A DNA stretch of 45,448 bases from a virus (taxonomy: Duplodnaviria > Caudoviricetes): IMG/VR virus record IMGVR_UViG_3300022227_000007, positions 1 to 45,448 of that record; one strand, given 5' to 3'. This document shows, piece by piece, positions 13,688 through 24,201 of this stretch. The position numbers and the translations under genes are program-made. The notes beneath the pieces were generated by a model that worked only from the letters and a program-made list of their open reading frames with translations, made no database searches and was not told the origin of the DNA. How positions within the stretch are numbered: the first letter of the stretch is position 1; each line of letters opens with the position of its first letter.

Positions 13688-14181
13688 TACACTGTCTCGC
13701 CGCCGCTACCAGTGTTTAGGTATTCAGAATGTACACCTCCATAACCGGCTTCGACATTTTTTCCAATTTTCATCAGTTGTACGCCTTTTTGATATTTGGC
13801 AATAAGGACATTAAAATAATTAACATATCTACCATATTTATCTAAATCTTGTACAGTGACACCGCCAGAATCATTATATGTTACGGTGTTGCGTGCAGAT
13901 AAGATTCCTTTACGTGTTAAAATTTGTAATACAGTTCCCAGCTGTAAAAGATTAAAGCTGGGAATTGTTTGTATAGTATAGCTACTATTTGGTAAAAATT
14001 CATAATTTATTTCATCTAAAGTATCTTTCATAGAATTAAAAATTTCAATGTCACTTGATTCTTCAACGCCGTCTAATTTATTGGACGTAGAAAAGTCGCC
14101 CAAGTAAAGTCTAATCCGATCAACATATAATTGTTCTTCAAATGAAATAATGACGGGAATCATGTCACTAGGTTTAAGCAT
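13687..14181 (-). CDS. Putative head-tail adaptor/neck protein, 164 aa
   Basis: Begins RIRLYLGD and has a TYNDSGGVTV motif near the C-terminus. Helical connector-like protein shortly downstream of the major capsid gene; the call is largely positional. Confidence 0.55.
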   Translation of the reverse strand: MLKPSDMIPVIISFEEQLYVDRIRLYLGDFSTSNKLDGVEESSDIEIFNSMKDTLDEINYEFLPNSSYTIQTIPSFNLLQLGTVLQILTRKGILSARNTVTYNDSGGVTVQDLDKYGRYVNYFNVLIAKYQKGVQLMKIGKNVEAGYGGVHSEYLNTGSGGETV

Positions 14182-14524
14182 TATCGTAATCCTCCATTAC
14201 TACAACAGATAATGTACCGCTAGTAGGTATTGTAAGTTTATCACCGTTATCATATACTACCTCAAACTCACCCAAATACACGCCGGCCACATCTGTGTCT
14301 GCAGGAACTCATGCATAACGAATTTGACCAGTTGTATCATCTATTATCGTACAAGCGCTTCTGTTTATCTTTATTGTCTGTTTTGTTGTAGCATCTACCA
14401 TTGTAAAATTTACGCCTGCGACTGCAGCTGACAGATCAATTGCCACACCATCTATATCTTGTAGAGACACATCAAGATGAGGTCTCGTATCATGTCGTTT
14501 CATAAATATTGTACTAGATGCCAT
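14174..14524 (-). CDS. BppU N-terminal-like Ig-fold structural protein, 116 aa
   Basis: KRHDTRP..L.D.DG.AIDLS...GQIRYAW..ADTD.AG.Y.GEFEV.Y..G...T.P pattern; the TGA at 14309 occupies the conserved Trp. Confidence 0.75.
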
Positions 14525-14536
14525 TAGTTAACTCCT

Positions 14537-15100
14537 TTATGTCTTTTTCAACTTTGTTTTTTTCGTATCACTTATTACCTCAACTGCGGTTTTACTAGAA
14601 ACTAGGGTAGCCGTACCATGTGAGAAGTTTACAACTTCTACTTCAGTCTTCTGCGCTGTAGCAAGTACTACTTGAGCCGCATATATATCTTGTAACTGAG
14701 CTTCCGTTAAGTTTGTCTGCAATACTAACGCTTCCGAAGAACCCGCTGTTTCATTCTCTAACTGCATTGCTACCGCATTTAGTACTTCAACTCCAAATTG
14801 AGCTTGTGATAAAGCCACCAGCTGTTGACTTGCAACACTTGTAATTACTGATGATGTACTGCCATTAGTCCTATTATATAGTTGTGTTGCTGTTGCTCCA
14901 TTCTTAAGACCTAAATCGCGATCATCCTGGTCCGCAGGTGAAATCATTGTAAGTAATAAGTCACCAAATTGAAGGTCCGCAAAATCCGAATTAAACCCAG
15001 CTGATGCACCTCAGGACCCTTCAACCGACAAAGGAAAAATTTGTGGGTCTCCCCCCAACTCTAAAATAGCTTGTTGATATGGTTCATGTAATCGCAGCAC
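14537..15100 (-). CDS. Hypothetical structural protein, about 187 aa
   Basis: Track ORF 14537..14947 extends through one TGA to GTG 15100, directly downstream of a promoter; start codon uncertain. Confidence 0.6.
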
Positions 15101-15108
15101 TGTGATTT

Positions 15109-15137
15109 AATATAAGATGAACAGGCCAGTTAGTCAA
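15109..15137 (-). promoter_or_regulatory. Sigma70-like promoter TTGACT-N17-TATATT
   Basis: -35 at 15137-15132, -10 at 15114-15109, 17-nt spacer; lies immediately after the capsid terminator. Confidence 0.7.
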
Positions 15138-15145
15138 GAATATTT

Positions 15146-15180
15146 TTAAACAAAAAGGGAGCCACATGGACTCCCTTTAA
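15146..15180 (-). terminator. Intrinsic terminator after the major capsid gene
   Basis: Minus strand reads GGGAGTC-CATGT-GGCTCCC followed by TTTTTGTTT. Confidence 0.8.
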
Positions 15181-15211
15181 GTTCTATATTTGTAGGTCTA
15201 GTCTACTAGAT

Positions 15212-16129
15212 CTACACTAGTTCCGTATATGCACATGCAGCAGAGTTACCAATTCCTAAACCAAGTGTTTCATAAGCAGAAAATGTAATTACATTTTTCT
15301 TCTTATCGATATAGAATTTAGTATCATTCAATACAAAGAAATTCCCGAAGAATTCCTGAGCAGCAAATGTGTAAATACGATCTTTAGATGCACTGCTCTG
15401 AAGCATACTAACTTTATTAGAAACAATCAGTTTACGTCCAAAAAGTGTTGCGTATGTGTAACCATTCACAGACACTTCAGAACCAACTGCGTCACCAACT
15501 GTTGTAGCATCCCACAAAAACAGTTTATTAAACATCGTATTACTCATAAGGATTAACTCTGCACGAAGTTCATTGCCATCAAGTTCATTGAACAATCCTT
15601 CGAACATAGATTTTTCAAAAGCGTCTGTAGCAGTAAGTGCTACACCAGTTGAAGTGTTACCGGCTGCTGCTGCTGCTGTATTTACTGCAGAAATGAAATG
15701 TTCGTCCTCAATACGCTGAATATCTTTAACGCTGTTGCGTTCGATAACTTCAGTAAGAGGCATTTCATAAGCTAACAGCTCTTCTTCAGTTTTTTGAAAA
15801 TCTTCTGAACTAATCATGAAAAATGGAATCTCATACCGATCACCTTGTAGGTAATTAGTAGTTGGGGCTCCACGAAAATTCAGAGTCATAGCCTTAGAAT
15901 CGGGCTCGATGTCGACGATCTTAACAAGACCATCATGATTTACGGATCTTTGCAGATCAGCTTTTGTTACATATTCTGGTTGAATTACCTTTCTTGCAAA
16001 AGATACTTCTCTCAGTTTATTACGTATGAAGGCTGAACCTTCCTGAGCTACTTTCTGTAGTCCTTCAGGAGAGTTCAACTTCTGAACAAAAAGTTCATTT
16101 ATTGTTGAAGCGGATATATTATCACTCAT
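15212..16129 (-). CDS. Major capsid protein (HK97 fold), 305 aa
   Basis: Size, position after the protease/scaffold/decoration genes, strong RBS and downstream terminator. HK97-like layout: IRNKLREVSFARKVI...KDIQRIEDEHF...TLFGRKLIVS...AYETLGLGIGN. Confidence 0.8.
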   Translation of the reverse strand: MSDNISASTINELFVQKLNSPEGLQKVAQEGSAFIRNKLREVSFARKVIQPEYVTKADLQRSVNHDGLVKIVDIEPDSKAMTLNFRGAPTTNYLQGDRYEIPFFMISSEDFQKTEEELLAYEMPLTEVIERNSVKDIQRIEDEHFISAVNTAAAAAGNTSTGVALTATDAFEKSMFEGLFNELDGNELRAELILMSNTMFNKLFLWDATTVGDAVGSEVSVNGYTYATLFGRKLIVSNKVSMLQSSASKDRIYTFAAQEFFGNFFVLNDTKFYIDKKKNVITFSAYETLGLGIGNSAACAYTELV

Positions 16130-16145
16130 TTTTATGATCTCCTAA

Positions 16146-16580
16146 TTATACAGTTATGTACTCAAGTACGTTATCGTAAGAATTGCCTTTAAAACTAACT
16201 CCATCTTCCAGATTACCTAAAGCATAGCCAATAACTGTATCACCAGCAGCGACAGCTGCGTTAGTCAGCGTGCCAGAAGCGGTTACAGTCAATGGGTCAC
16301 CTGCAGCATAAGTTGCATCAACACACTGGTCGGTTTTTGCTCTATAGGTACCGTGCAATAAAGTCAAGCCACCTGTTGCGCCTACATCTGGACTCCAGCC
16401 TTCTTCAGCTGTATTGCCAGCATTTCGACTTGATTCGTTCCAAATCTGAAATGCCATTTTGTCCGCAGTAGGAGCAGCCAGGTCATAGTCTACAAAACTA
16501 CCCTGGACAGCGCCCGTCATTATTGTACCGGAGCCTTCAATCTTCATGATAGAGTTTACATCACTAAGTAAAATCAACAT
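16146..16580 (-). CDS. Capsid decoration/cement protein, 144 aa
   Basis: Immediately upstream of the major capsid gene; beta-rich with TDQ..YAAGDPLTVTASGTL..VIGY; GGAGG RBS. Confidence 0.6.
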   Translation of the reverse strand: MLILLSDVNSIMKIEGSGTIMTGAVQGSFVDYDLAAPTADKMAFQIWNESSRNAGNTAEEGWSPDVGATGGLTLLHGTYRAKTDQCVDATYAAGDPLTVTASGTLTNAAVAAGDTVIGYALGNLEDGVSFKGNSYDNVLEYITV

Positions 16581-16628
16581 TAGTTATTACCTCCTGTTAT
16601 AGCTGAAAAATTTCAACTATTTTTTGTT

Positions 16629-16961
16629 TTAGTACTCTTCAAGTAGCATGCGAGTTAAGGGGTCCAGAGTTCCGTCATCCTGAGGACGATCGCTTAATGT
16701 TCCGAAAGTGAAGTCAGAACTTGCATTCTTTCGTAGTTCGATCGCCTTCTCAATAACCTCTAGCTCCTTAGGCGTCTTAGATTTAAAATGTTCAAATACA
16801 TCCAAAATCTCTTCAGACGCAATACTACCTGACTTTAATAAGTCAGAAACTAAGGTTTGCGCTCGCTCAAAATTAGAATGTTTCTCCAAAAGACTATCAT
16901 TCTCCTCCTGAAGTTTTCTAATAGCTTGCGCAGCTACCTTGTTCAGCTTCTGCTGATCCAT
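16629..16961 (-). CDS. Head assembly (scaffold-like) helical protein, 110 aa
   Basis: Coiled-coil with a C-terminal DPLTRMLLE helix; located in the head gene cluster. Confidence 0.5.
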   Translation of the reverse strand: MDQQKLNKVAAQAIRKLQEENDSLLEKHSNFERAQTLVSDLLKSGSIASEEILDVFEHFKSKTPKELEVIEKAIELRKNASSDFTFGTLSDRPQDDGTLDPLTRMLLEEY

Positions 16962-16984
16962 AATACTTTATGAATCCTTTTCTT

Positions 16985-17317
16985 CTACTCGTTAGAGCTG
17001 TCAGAATTTTTAAGCTCATCAACAAAAGAACGTGCCATAATCTGACCGGCTTCAATGTATTCTGCAACTTTTTCTACATTTTCTTCTTCGTCAATATCCT
17101 TATCAATAAGATAAGAAGCAAGCTTAACTACATCACCTTCAGCATACTCATTGCCATACTCTTCTGTTAAAAGGGTATTAGCAGCTTCGGCATATTTTGC
17201 AATAACACCAACACGATCATGAACTAACGCTTCAGCTTCTTTATTTATCTGAGCTTCGGCTTCATTTTCTTGAGCAGCTTTTTGCATATTATTGTATGTA
17301 TCCATTAAATTACTCAT
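16985..17317 (-). CDS. Acidic scaffold-like protein, 110 aa
   Basis: EKVAEYIEAGQIMARSFVDEL motif shared with 17310..17927. Confidence 0.5.
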   Translation of the reverse strand: MSNLMDTYNNMQKAAQENEAEAQINKEAEALVHDRVGVIAKYAEAANTLLTEEYGNEYAEGDVVKLASYLIDKDIDEEENVEKVAEYIEAGQIMARSFVDELKNSDSSNE

Positions 17318-17927
17318 TAGAATCTTCCTCCTGAAAATAGGTATTGTATAAATTACTAATTATGCGAGATTCTGGAGACTCTTCCTTATCTGCCGAGGCA
17401 GCCTTTATTCTACTATCAGATGCAGTTGAACCTGCAGTTTCATCTGGTGCTTTAGCTGGCACTGGTGCTGGCTGAGCTGCTACTTGCACATAAGATCCTG
17501 AACGTGCGGCACCCTCAAGCTCCTGAAGTTTTGCTACAACTGCGTCAACTTTACCACCTTCTGGAATATCGCCTTTAACGAGTTCATTAATGCCTTTTTT
17601 AGCATCATCCATATTAGGTGTATATGGGCCATCGCCAACTGCAAGTTTTTGCAACTCATCCATAAAAGCTTTAGCCATGATACGTCCTTGTGCATCATAT
17701 TCAGCTGCGACTTTTTCAAGATCAGGGGCATCTTCCGGGTTAGCTTCAGTAGTTTCAGATGATTCTTCAGCAGCTGTTTTTTCAGCAGGCTCTTCAGGTG
17801 TTTCTTCAGAAGTTTCTTCAACTGCTTCAGGTTTTTCGTCAACTACGCCTTCTGCAAATGTTTCTTCGGCTGTCTTCTCTTGCTCTAAAGACGCCAGAAT
17901 TTCATCTATGTTTAATCCTTTAGCCAT
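17310..17927 (-). CDS. Acidic scaffold-like protein, 205 aa
   Basis: E/A-rich low complexity; repeated EKTA/EKVA; GRIMAKAFMDELQKLA motif; lies between the protease and capsid genes. Confidence 0.55.
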   Translation of the reverse strand: MAKGLNIDEILASLEQEKTAEETFAEGVVDEKPEAVEETSEETPEEPAEKTAAEESSETTEANPEDAPDLEKVAAEYDAQGRIMAKAFMDELQKLAVGDGPYTPNMDDAKKGINELVKGDIPEGGKVDAVVAKLQELEGAARSGSYVQVAAQPAPVPAKAPDETAGSTASDSRIKAASADKEESPESRIISNLYNTYFQEEDSNE

Positions 17928-17959
17928 ATTACTAATTCTCCTTGTTTGTACTGTTTTAG

Positions 17960-19738
17960 TTACAGTATTAACTGGTTATATATTACATTTAGGGAATTAT
18001 TATCTAACTTCGACAATAACTCTGCTCTTTTAATAAGCCTCATTCCCGTGGAAAGTGTGCCACTCATTCCAGCAGCTGTTAGAAAAGGATGTTTACGTAC
18101 AAAGTTATCAAATTTAGAAATCGCTTTCTTTCTACGTACATCTGCTTCTGCTGCACCTGCTAGAAAATAGCTAATAGGAACGGTTACAAACATGCTAGGT
18201 ACAAACGTCCCGGCAGTTTTTTTAAAATAAGTATCTTGCATAGCAAGAGAACCCATCGTTCCAGTTCCTACCATTAACGGCATAATTCACGGGTGTTTCG
18301 CAACAACACGCTTAAATCCACCAACATTGGGAGAACTCATTAATTTCGCAAACCCAGTGTATAGTGCTCCTAATCCAGCTAACGCCCCAAAGGGACTTTT
18401 TGTCGGCTTGAATATAGGATCTTCTTCTGTTCCAAGAAGCATCTTGCGTAATTGGCTATGCTCCCGTTTAGGCTGTTTATTCCATTCCAACTCACTTTCT
18501 GCTGGATTTGGTTTTGGGAACAGCCCATACTTTTCCAATAAAGCTCGAAGAACTTCAAGATCGATGTCATCCATTTCTGGCTGTTTTTCCTTTTTTCCAA
18601 ACGGAAATTCGGCCAGTTTTTCTACTGCTCGAGACACCACGATCGACTTGTTTAAACTAAGGTCCAGTACACTATCTTTCAAAGCCGAGGCAACTTTAAC
18701 ATCAAAGTTGTCTACCTTCACACCATTAGGTACTACGGCCGTATTTGGATCAGCTTCAAAGACAGCGTTTATGGACTCTAATTTTTCTGCCAATTTATCA
18801 AAACCAACAGAGTTTAAAGCAAGTTTTTGAAAATCTTGCCTTGATGGCATCATTTTCAAGGTCAGCATAGTTGATAAAATACTATCAAAACTATACTTAG
18901 AAAGCTGCTTGACAACATCGTCTCGTAGCTTTCCTTGGCTACTAATTAGTAAAGCATCTGGATCCTTACTAAACTCAACATCAGTAGGCAAAACTACTTT
19001 TTTCTTAATTGCGCCTTCTGCTGCTAAGTCACTAACTTTGGCTAAATCAAGCCCAAGTTGAGCGCTTAACTGTGGCCGGCTATTAAGTCCGGCTACTTTA
19101 GATAAAAATCCAGCTGTACTATCAGCAGGTATGGTTACAACACTTAAATCAAAAAATTTGGGCCTTGTATTAACGGCATACACACGGCGCCCATCATCAT
19201 ATACATTATTCATTTCATCTTTTAAATGCCCACAATATTGGGCTAAAGTCTTAGCACGATTCCCACAAATAGAGCATACATCAAAAGGTACTTTACATCC
19301 CATGGATACTGCAGGTAACTCTCCGTGAAGAAGACGATCAACTACAGAGGCTGCTTTGTTATCATCTAGTTCTAAAACGAGTTCCACTCTATTCATTTGT
19401 GGATTATAATAAGAGAACGAGACGCGCCCCATAGCCTTACGAGGATCCTTATTAATATGATGTTTATAAACATGGCCATTAGATTCAAACGTCTTATGAT
19501 AATCCTTCAATGCTTGAATAGGAAAATAGTCGCCATTTCTATTTGAGCCATAGTGCTCGCCAGCAGACATTGCATTCACAAGTGCGTACGTTTTTCCTGG
19601 TCGCTTAGTTAATGTGCCTAAAAACTCCTGTAAAACCTCTGAATACGCGGAAGCTTTCTTACGTAAATTGCCAGGATGAATTAACGTAAGAACGTCCGAA
19701 TGATGGTCACCATATTCGTATTCTAAGATTTTATCCAC
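17960..19738 (-). CDS. Putative prohead (capsid maturation) protease, 592 aa
   Basis: Track ORFs 18287..19738 and 17960..18283 are joined by one TGA (KHPWIMP). NRNGDYF, HVYKHHIN, VSMGCKVPFDVCSICG and FFDLSVV..PAD resemble the His/Ser motifs of prohead proteases with a Zn-ribbon insert. Hydrophobic C-terminal extension. Confidence 0.65.
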
Positions 19739-19758
19739 TATAACCCTCTTGTAATAGG

Positions 19759-20241
19759 TTAAGGTCCATCAAATGAGGACTTGCCTCACATGCCTACTGA
19801 TTTAAACCCTAAACGGCCTTTATCAGCAATCTCTACTTGCTTCTTTTCAATATCTGCTAAATTTTTAATAGTTTCGTGGCTTGGGCCACCAAATTCATCC
19901 ATCCTCAAAGCTTGTCGTATAAAAGCTCCTGCTGCTAATGGGTCTTTAGATAGGCCTGGAGAAAAAGTATATAAAGTCTCAAAATATTGTATTACTTTTT
20001 CGTATGGAAACTCCTTGAGTTCCGGATGTGCCTCAATAATTTGTTCAAAAATAGGCCCGCGCTCTTTTTCTTTACGGCGATTCCTCCACCACTCTACAGC
20101 ACCTTCTGCTAATAATTCTGTCCCAATCGCTCCAGCAGCAATTAATGCGCCCTTACCAGCTCATCCTTTAACGGATTGTGCTAGACTTGGTTGGCCAAAA
20201 AATGGTAGTGCTAATTTTGTAATACCTTGTTTAAAAGACAT
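19759..20241 (-). CDS. Putative head protein, 160 aa (absent from the track)
   Basis: ATG 20241 MSFKQGITKLA; two TGAs; hydrophobic helix then HPEL...FSPGLSKDPLAAGAFIRQ; TAA at 19759. Fills the gap between neighbours. Confidence 0.75.
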
Positions 20242-20242
20242 T

Positions 20243-21250
20243 TTATATTTGGTTTCTATATTGCGGAGGTAACATACGTTTCTGCAGAATCTCTCCTTGT
20301 TGTCGACGACCTTTAGACTTTCCCATTTGGTATGCGCCTGCGCCGCCTAAACCTACTAAAACCAATTTCTTATGAGCTGCGATGGCTTTCGCAATACCAG
20401 CGGCTGCGCCAGTAGCTACTTGCCCACTTCCCAATAATAATTTTTTTAGGCCACCAAGAACATTGGCCTGCTTTCTTAATTCTTCATATTTTTCAGTAAA
20501 AGTTACAAAAGCCCCTGCAATTTTATTAAAGCGATCTCCAAGATATTCTAACTCTTCGCCTAATTTATATAAACCAGACTTGGGATTAATAACACCAGTG
20601 TAAGATGCTTCTTTACTAATATCTATATGCGGTAATGTTTCCTTCATATAATCTGTAAAATCATCCATAATATGTCCAGCATAAGTAGGAGTTGCAACCT
20701 TAATTATTTCAAATATATTTTGTATAGGCTCATTAGTTAACACCGCCTGCTTTGTAAAATCCCATACTTTGTTATAATTAACCATAAACTCCCGCTGGGT
20801 ATTTGTCGCCTCATCAGAAATATAATTGCAAATACCTTCTATCTTAGAAGCCTCTTTACGTAATTCTGCATATGATGGCACAACCTCAGCAACTTTGTCT
20901 ATCCCCTCTTGTGTCACGCCTGGAAATAAATTAACTGACGCTGTTTTTACAGGAGGATTTTCATAGTCCATATCAGTTCCACTTTTATCTACATTACTGT
21001 CTGAAGTCAGCTCTGTGTAAATAGCCTTAGCATTCGCTAATGGGAAATCGACATATTTATCTGACGAAGCTTTAATTAAATTAAGATAGGCGTCAACATT
21101 TGCTGTCTCAACAACACGATGAACTTGCTGTAAATTTAAATTATTATCCGCAGCAGTCTTTAAAATGGAACTATTCATCAACGTACCATCGCTTATATAG
21201 GCCAAAGCGGCCGTTTTACCAAAATTTTCTAAATCAAACGGTGTAATCAT
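20243..21250 (-). CDS. Putative head/core protein, 335 aa
   Basis: Intact ORF with many KxA motifs and a G/A-rich hydrophobic C-terminus; first gene behind the promoter at 21259-21287. Confidence 0.6.
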   Translation of the reverse strand: MITPFDLENFGKTAALAYISDGTLMNSSILKTAADNNLNLQQVHRVVETANVDAYLNLIKASSDKYVDFPLANAKAIYTELTSDSNVDKSGTDMDYENPPVKTASVNLFPGVTQEGIDKVAEVVPSYAELRKEASKIEGICNYISDEATNTQREFMVNYNKVWDFTKQAVLTNEPIQNIFEIIKVATPTYAGHIMDDFTDYMKETLPHIDISKEASYTGVINPKSGLYKLGEELEYLGDRFNKIAGAFVTFTEKYEELRKQANVLGGLKKLLLGSGQVATGAAAGIAKAIAAHKKLVLVGLGGAGAYQMGKSKGRRQQGEILQKRMLPPQYRNQI

Positions 21251-21258
21251 AGTCTTTT

Positions 21259-21287
21259 AATATAGTATCTTCACTAAATGTTGTCAA
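21259..21287 (-). promoter_or_regulatory. Sigma70-like promoter TTGACA-N17-TATATT
   Basis: -35 at 21287-21282, -10 at 21264-21259; only 8 nt to ATG 21250 and no SD sequence. Confidence 0.75.
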
Positions 21288-21295
21288 GCTATTTT

Positions 21296-22843
21296 TTACA
21301 AGTCTTTAAAGGAACTCATGCCAAAATACATCTCTGCACCTAATACTGCAAATAACGTTGCATGAAAAAAGTCGTCAGGACCTTTATTAATATACCGTAA
21401 TGTGTTAGTTTCCAGCTTATAGTCCATCTGTATATTTAAAATATCTTGTAATAAAATTTCTAACTTGTCATCATGTTTAGGAAAAACAATCTCCTTATTT
21501 TTAAATTTTTCAAACATATTAGCCATCATTTGTGTCCGATTAAGAGTATAGGCCGGTAATTTACTATTTCACTTAACCATTTCTTTTTGATTAGGCAGGT
21601 GTTGAAAAGAAATAACTTTCTGCTCCCCCAGGGTTTTTCGTAACACTGAGTTTGAAGCTTCCCCCATACCATAATCACTACATAAATTAATACAGTTTCA
21701 ATCAGTCATATGTTTTACAATATCATCATGAATAAAGCTATATTCAGCCTCTTTACCTGTATAACGTTTACCATATAATACCTCATAGCGTCCAGAATGT
21801 CGTCTAACAATTGAAAGATTAGTAAAAGATCTGTCCGAATTTACGGGCCCATAATCAAGCCCTAAAAAAAGATCTCCTGATTTATCATGTTTACTTGGTT
21901 TTGTCGTCATTTGTCTATCACCACAACATGCGTAAAGTTCGTCTCGAGTAATAGGAGCTGCGCCCACATCTCACGGCTTAGCTAACGTTTCATTCATAAA
22001 CACCGCTTTAGACACAGTATTTTGCTTTAAGATTACATCACGTGCTCAGTCAACTCACGGTGCGTTGTGGAAATGTAATAAGCATACTCGGAAGCCAGTA
22101 TAAGGGGCATTTTCTGCTCCAGTCGAAACTCACTGGCCTGTCTTTGCATAAAGTGAGCGATGACAATACTTACACATTAACTGGTCAGGTCCGATCGAGT
22201 CTTCATCTAAAATATTTCATTTATTACAATGTTCACACTTAGGCATCCATTCATACTGTGTAGAATTTTCTCAGCGCTCTTCTAAAGGCCCTAGACTTAG
22301 TTTAGGAGTACCTGAAAATCAACTAAACTTATGTAACGAGCGTGACATAGTTTCTTCAATCACAGGAATATTATCTTCTAACTGGTCTTGTACCTCATCA
22401 AATAAACACATATCCGAAGAGTATCCTCTAACACGGTCTGCATTTAAATGGGCATAACGTAAATACATACGTGATCCATTTAATAGCTGCTTCATAAAAA
22501 CGTTTTGAATCAAAGTAGAATTTAAATAGTGTTTTTTAACAAAAGTACTCTGCTCTAAAACTGGTGCTACTCTATCATGAGAAAACACTTTCGTTTGATC
22601 TACTGAGGGGGATATATATAATGTTTTAAAATGCGGATGCATAATACTTTTCGTTACCATTATATTTGATAAGGTTGTTGATTTAGCTGTCTGCCTACTA
22701 AATTTTAATACAACCCGAGGATCACTACAATTATAAACAGCACGTAAGTACGGATAATCTGTCAATGAAAAACGGCGACCATTTAAATATAAAAAAGTCT
22801 CCGAGAAATCACTGGGCATTAGTTCAACTACTTTTTTACTCAT
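21296..22843 (-). CDS. terL: Terminase large subunit, lambda gpA-like, 515 aa
   Basis: Walker A-like SRQTAKST, Walker B LFDEVQD, coupling motif SGTP, Zn-binding CxxC pairs, RNase H-like LGLDYG and C-terminal PDDFFHA. About nine in-frame TGAs, many at typical Trp positions. Confidence 0.9.
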
Positions 22844-23091
22844 TACTTGCCCGTTTTGAATTTCGTACGAAATTTAGCTTTCTGTGCTTTACGAAGTCGG
22901 CGCCGTTTCGCAGAAGGTTTCTCATAAAACTGACGTGCTCGGACCTCCTCTAAAATTTGACTCTTTTCAACACGCTTTTTAAGGCGACGTAACGCACTAG
23001 TCACATCATTATTATAAACATGTACCCGTACGCCAACATCTTTATTTTTTGGACGAGGCTTGCCCTTCCCCCGATAACGAGATTTATTCAC
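22843..23091 (-). CDS. rpsU: Phage-encoded ribosomal protein bS21, with basic N-terminal extension
   Basis: VxVYNNDVTSALRRLKKRVEKSQILEEVRARQFYEKPSAKRRR matches the bS21 signature; GTG start. Confidence 0.9.
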   Translation of the reverse strand: MNKSRYRGKGKPRPKNKDVGVRVHVYNNDVTSALRRLKKRVEKSQILEEVRARQFYEKPSAKRRRLRKAQKAKFRTKFKTGK

Positions 23092-23884
23092 TATGTCGGT
23101 ATGATTTTAGGCCTTTTAAAACACGGCCATATTGCCCATGCTCAATCAACTTATACAATATATTACGAAAAGAACGGCGAGGAATTCCTCAACCCGACCC
23201 ATAAGCTAATTCACGGCCTGCATGTAATTGTTGTTCTGCTTCTAATAAGCGTTTTACATCTGCTTCTAATTCAAGTTGCTTCGAACGTAACTCACGATCT
23301 ACATTACTGGCCTGTGTCAAAGACTTATAATCAAGTAAATCTTTGTTATATTCATCACTAAGTCTAGCAAAATGTCTTGCAAAGATCTTAGCAGATGCCA
23401 CTTCTTTTGCAAATTCTACTGCAGGATCCTTTATAGAATCCCTAGATGATGGTTCTTTTATTCATTTATCCTCTATTACACTATATACCCCGTACGCTGA
23501 ATAGCTAAAGGGGGTGTCTGATACATAATAACTAATATAAAAATTAATGGGGTGTTTCGTGCCTGGAGCCAAAGTTTCATTGTAAGCACGCATCTTTACA
23601 TGATACAGTTTCACTTCCTCTTTTGACACGTTCGCGCGTAGGTAAACATTCACATCTATATCTGATGTCTCTTTATACTTATAGCCTGTAATAGACCCAA
23701 TAATATAAACCTTGGCAACAAGTGTCTTAGGTACTACATCATATAATTTACTAAGTATATAATTGCTAATAGGGGGACGAAGTTTATAGGTGCCATTAAT
23801 ATCAGACCAAACATCCCAAGGAAGAGTGTCTTGTGGAGCATCAAGAAGACCGGCTAATTTTTGTCCGGAGGCTTTAGTGGCCAT
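23084..23884 (-). CDS. Pol-beta-superfamily nucleotidyltransferase-like protein, 266 aa
   Basis: IIGSITGYKY..TSDIDV (GS..DxD motif), HPINFY, GVYS...DKW. Joins track ORFs 23462..23884 and 23189..23401; TAA at 23084. Confidence 0.75.
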
Positions 23885-24201
23885 TACTTAAGTTTCTTTG
23901 ATTTAGCTCTCGTAGCAATAAGAACTTCAGATTTTGCAGGGGGACTTACTGCAATAGGAATATCATCAACTTTTTTATGTATATAAGTTTTAGAGGTATC
24001 AGGGGATTCATGAGTTAATAACGGACTCTGTATATAATCATCTTTTGGCACTTTCGAGGCCGCCCATTTTTTCCCTAAGTGAGGTCAATCGCGCTTTAGA
24101 GCTTGCCAACTACTTTTAAGGTTTGCCCAACTCCTACGACGCCGTTCTTTTGTAGGCGCCTCATCCTCTGCTTCTTTTACTAAACCAGTAAATTTAAACA
24201 T
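23884..24201 (-). CDS. Hypothetical protein with MFKFTGLVKEA leader, 105 aa (absent from the track)
   Basis: TAATG overlaps at both ends; one TGA. Confidence 0.7.

Noticed and set aside
15192-15215. Imperfect palindrome GTAGGTCTAGT-CT-ACTAGATCTAC over the capsid stop codon
   Set aside because: Single occurrence beside a clear terminator; no independent evidence of function.
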